A program made the position numbers and the translations under genes. Positions 61,351 through 64,000 of a stretch of DNA of 64,000 nucleotides are shown here, in pieces. Each line of letters begins with the position of its first letter. The first letter of the stretch is position 1. Under the pieces are notes generated by a model. The model had not been told where the DNA came from, did no database searches, and saw nothing but the letters and a program-made list of their open reading frames with translations. This stretch comes from Myxococcota bacterium (GTDB taxonomy: Bacteria > Myxococcota_A > UBA9042 > PHBI01 > JAWLBL01). The stretch is taken from NCBI GenBank assembly GCA_041687695.1, contig JAWLBL010000008.1, positions 32,074 through 96,073 on the forward strand, read 5' to 3'.

Positions 61351-61368
61351 GGGGGTCCTTCGCCGGCG

Positions 61369-62190
61369 TCAGCCGCGGAAGTCGTCCTTGAGCTTGCGGA
61401 TGACGGCCAGCACGGCCGCCGGGTCGGCGCCGTCGAGGGCGGCGTCCGAGGAGACGTGAGCGCAGGCGGTCGCCAGGACGCCTTCGGTGTCCGTGCGCAG
61501 GAAGGGGTTGGTCGCCCACTCCTCGGCCAGGGTCGAGGGCACCGACGGCCGCCCGGCCGCGCGCAGGGCGGCCACGCGCTCGGCGCGCTGCGCGATGGCG
61601 GGATTGTCGGGGTCGACCTCGCGCGCGAAGCGCAGGTTGCCCTCGGTGTACTCGTGGCCGAAGTAGACCTGCGTGGCCGAGGGCAGGGTGCCCAGCACCT
61701 GCCGCAGCGAGTGGGCCATCTGCGCGGGCGTGCCCTCGAACAGCCGCCCGCAGCCGGCGCCGAACAGCGTGTCGCCGGTGAAGACCGCGGCCACGTCGTC
61801 GTGGCCGGCCGCATCCACCACGAACGACACGGCGCCCGAGGTGTGCCCCGGGTTGTGCAGCACGCGGACGCCGGCGTCGCCCAGTGGGACGAAGTCGCCG
61901 TGCTGGACCGGGCGCGTCAGGCCCGGCACGCGGCCGGCGTCGCTGGCGTGGCCGACGACCTCCAGCTCGGGCAGGCGCTGTAGCAGGGCCTGGTTGCCGC
62001 CGGTGTGGTCCCAGTGGTGGTGGGTGTTCCAGATGGCGACGAGGCGCGCGCCCTGACGCTCGACCTCGGCCAGCACCGACTCGGCGTCGGCCGGGTCGAC
62101 GACCGCGGCCTGGCGCGTCCTTGGGCAGACGACCACGTAGGCGTAGTTGTCGCGCAGCTGGGGCAGCGGCGTGATGGTGAGGGCGGGCAT
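61369..62190 (-). CDS. gloB: Hydroxyacylglutathione hydrolase (glyoxalase II, MBL fold)
   Basis: HHHWDHTGG metal-binding motif, glyoxalase-II C-terminal domain. Confidence 0.85.
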   Translation of the reverse strand: MPALTITPLPQLRDNYAYVVVCPRTRQAAVVDPADAESVLAEVERQGARLVAIWNTHHHWDHTGGNQALLQRLPELEVVGHASDAGRVPGLTRPVQHGDFVPLGDAGVRVLHNPGHTSGAVSFVVDAAGHDDVAAVFTGDTLFGAGCGRLFEGTPAQMAHSLRQVLGTLPSATQVYFGHEYTEGNLRFAREVDPDNPAIAQRAERVAALRAAGRPSVPSTLAEEWATNPFLRTDTEGVLATACAHVSSDAALDGADPAAVLAVIRKLKDDFRG

Positions 62191-62434
62191 GGGGCCACTG
62201 TAGGGCCAGGCCGGGCGGCGACCAAGCCGAGAAGCGCGGCGCGCAAAGCGTCAGTCGGGGTGACAAAATGCGTCACCCACCCGTTCGAGCCAGCGTTTGC
62301 GCGGGGTTATGCGGCCTGTCGCCCGAGTGATCGCCCGGCTGGGGTGCCGTTTCCCGTCCCGTCCGCCGCGTTCGGGCGCCGCAACGTCACCGTTCGCGCC
62401 CCTATTCCCGCGCTCTGCGCGCTCCGCCCCTCGT

Positions 62435-62450
62435 TGGCACGGTCGTTGCT
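62435..62450 (+). promoter_or_regulatory. Sigma54 (RpoN) promoter, TGGCAC-N5-TTGCT, upstream of the pilin gene
   Basis: cgtTGGCACggtcgTTGCTtcat is a textbook -24/-12 match about 100 nt upstream of ATG 62550. Confidence 0.6.
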
Positions 62451-62510
62451 TCATCTCAGGGCGGAGCGTCGCGCGGACAAGGGGGTCCGGGTCGACTCTG
62501 TCTGAAGATG

Positions 62511-62526
62511 GTGCCCGAGCGGGCAC
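62511..62526. other. Perfect palindrome GTGCCCG-AG-CGGGCAC in the pilin 5' UTR
   Basis: Read directly between the sigma54 promoter and the RBS GGAGG. Confidence 0.4.
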
Positions 62527-62549
62527 ACAACGTCCTGGGAGGAACGGAC

Positions 62550-63125
62550 ATGTTGATGCGACTGAGAGAGCGCCGTGGCTTCACGCTGATCGAGCTCATG
62601 ATCGTCGTCGCGATTCTCGCCATCCTGGCGGTCGTCGCGGTTCCGGCGTTCATCAAGTACATGCGCCGCGCGAAGACGACCGAGGCCATCGATCAGCTGG
62701 ACAAGATCTACAAGGGCGCCGCGGTCTACTACACGACCCCGAAGGTCACCGCGGACGGCGCCAAGATCCCCTGCCAGTTCCCGGCCAACCAGGGCCCGAC
62801 CCCCATCGAGGCGGGCTGCTGCTCGGGCCAGGGCGCTGACACCAACAACGACGACCGCTGCGACTCGGACGCCGCGATCTGGAGCGAGCCGACCTGGGCG
62901 GCGCTGAGCTTCCAGATGACCGACGAGCACTACTTCACCTACTCGTACGTCAGCGACGGCGTGCTGGCCGACGCCGAGATGACCGCGCGCGCGAACGCCG
63001 ATCTCGACTGCGACGGCATCAAGTCGACCTTCCAGCGCACCGCCTTCGGCGACCCCGCCGCGACCTACGCGGAGTGCTCGCTGACCGGCTCCTCGGCGTT
63101 CTACGTCGAGCAAGAGACCGAGTAG
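62550..63125 (+). CDS. pilA: Type IV pilin (PilA-like major pilin / prepilin)
   Basis: Internal ATG after GGAGG; prepilin leader MLMRLRERRG|FTLIELMIVVAILAILAVVAVPAFIKY; C-terminal Cys pair. Confidence 0.8.
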   Translation: MLMRLRERRGFTLIELMIVVAILAILAVVAVPAFIKYMRRAKTTEAIDQLDKIYKGAAVYYTTPKVTADGAKIPCQFPANQGPTPIEAGCCSGQGADTNNDDRCDSDAAIWSEPTWAALSFQMTDEHYFTYSYVSDGVLADAEMTARANADLDCDGIKSTFQRTAFGDPAATYAECSLTGSSAFYVEQETE

Positions 63126-63160
63126 TCGCCCTGACCCCCTTTCTTTTCGAGGCCTGAGAC

Positions 63161-63305
63161 ACGAAGGCGTCCCACGCTACGGCGTAGGGGCGCTTTCGTG
63201 TTTGTCCGCTTCGGGGGATCGAGGGCCCTGCGTGACGAGGGCGTCCCTGGCTTGGTCGGGGGCGCCCTCTCGCGTTTCGAAGGCGTCCCGCGGGCGCTCC
63301 CCGAG
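63161..63305 (+). terminator. Three tandem GC-rich hairpin repeats sharing GA(A/G)GGCGTCCC…GGGGCGC; first followed by T-rich tract, likely pilA terminator
   Basis: acgaaggcgtcccacgctacggcgtaggggcgctttcgtGTTTGT; cgagggcgtccctggcttggtcgggggcgccctctcg; cgaaggcgtcccgcgggcgctcc. Confidence 0.4.
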
Positions 63306-63443
63306 GCCCCAGGTCCAAGCGGCCTAACCCGGGAAATCTCTTGACGCTTTCGAGAGCCCGGCAGTAGGTTCGCGCGCGCTCTTCGCCCGGGGGGAGAGCC
63401 CACCGCACGCCGTCCGCACGCCAAAATCAGCCGGAGCCCGCCC

Positions 63444-63890
63444 GTGAAGGTCAAGAAGAACACCGTCGTTCGAATCCATTACCGTATGGCGATCGAGGGC
63501 GGCGAAGAGATCGACTCGTCCTACGGCAGCGTCCCCCTCGAGTTCATCTGTGGTCGCGGCGAGGTCATCCCGGGCCTCGAGCGCGAGCTGATGGGGATGG
63601 AGCCCGGCCAGAAGAAGAGCTTCGTCGTCGCGCCCGAGGACGCCTACGGCCGCCACGACGCCGCGCTGGTCAAGGAGCTGCCGCGGGCCGGCTTCCCGGT
63701 GGACCTCAAGCTCGTCCCGGGCCAGCGCTTCAGCTACCGCTCCGAGCAGGGCGCCGAGCTGATGTACCAGGTGGTCCAGATCGGCGACGACACCATCCTC
63801 GCCGACTTCAACCACCCGCTGGCCGGCAAGCCGCTGCGCTACGAGGTCGAGATCATCGACGTCGAAGAGGACAACTTCGACAAGATCTGA
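63444..63890 (+). CDS. FKBP-type peptidyl-prolyl cis-trans isomerase (SlyD/FkpB-like)
   Basis: GTG start; FKBP-domain motifs (IHYRM…GGEEIDSS, EFICGRGEVIPGLERELMGMEPGQKKSF, FNHPLAGKPL). Confidence 0.85.
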   Translation: MKVKKNTVVRIHYRMAIEGGEEIDSSYGSVPLEFICGRGEVIPGLERELMGMEPGQKKSFVVAPEDAYGRHDAALVKELPRAGFPVDLKLVPGQRFSYRSEQGAELMYQVVQIGDDTILADFNHPLAGKPLRYEVEIIDVEEDNFDKI

Positions 63891-63919
63891 CCCGGCGCCG
63901 GCCTCACGGGGCGCGCCGT

Positions 63920-64000
63920 CAGAGGTCGCGTCGGAGCAGGGTCAGCAGGACGTACTCGTCGCTGCGCCAGTAGGCCCGCTCCAGCCGGTAACCGGCGAGC
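63920..64000 (-). CDS. 3' end of a minus-strand gene running off the window (unknown function)
   Basis: Minus-strand reading ends …LAGYRLERAYWRSDEYVLLTLLRRDL* with stop at about 63920; partial. Confidence 0.3.

Overview
This window is a very GC-rich (roughly 70-75%) chromosomal segment with Myxococcota-like hallmarks: cysteine-rich repeat lipoproteins, an Oar-like TonB-dependent receptor, TSP3-repeat OmpA, a sigma54-driven PilA-like pilin, FHA and TPR proteins. Housekeeping genes are interspersed with accessory genes. On the plus strand at the left end lie an Oar-like TBDR with an N-terminal TonB_C domain, two lipoproteins (one with a myxobacterial Cys-rich tandem repeat), xseB and tlyA. A long minus-strand block runs from dnaG at about 22.1 kb down to valS at 11.8 kb. 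In that order it contains dnaG, rpoD, a 7-unit tandem hairpin repeat, a tRNA with CAU anticodon (ileX-like), a C4 zinc-ribbon gene, RNase P RNA with promoter and terminator, a CCNCGG-type microsatellite, an orphan MbcA/ParS-like antitoxin-domain gene, a response regulator and valS. The middle holds priA, an orphan T4-gp19-like tail-tube homolog, a selenocysteine-containing selD whose in-frame TGA the ORF track split, paired amidohydrolases, an HD/YhhN/oxoprolinase operon, rsmI and a 3606-aa all-TPR protein (10.8 kb ORF). The right end holds a TetR/patatin/LD-carboxypeptidase/beta-lactamase-like operon, a second CCNCGG-type microsatellite, and a candidate bacterial sphingolipid-initiation locus (FAAL-like acyl-ACP synthetase, dedicated ACP, serine palmitoyltransferase-like AOS). 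Beyond these are gloB, a pilin gene and an FKBP PPIase. Many long ORFs in the track are antisense or out-of-frame shadows typical of high-GC DNA. The track uses GTG/TTG starts, so several real starts are internal. Coordinates taken from the sequence text may be off by 1 nt in places. No rRNA, CRISPR array or obvious mobile element was found.
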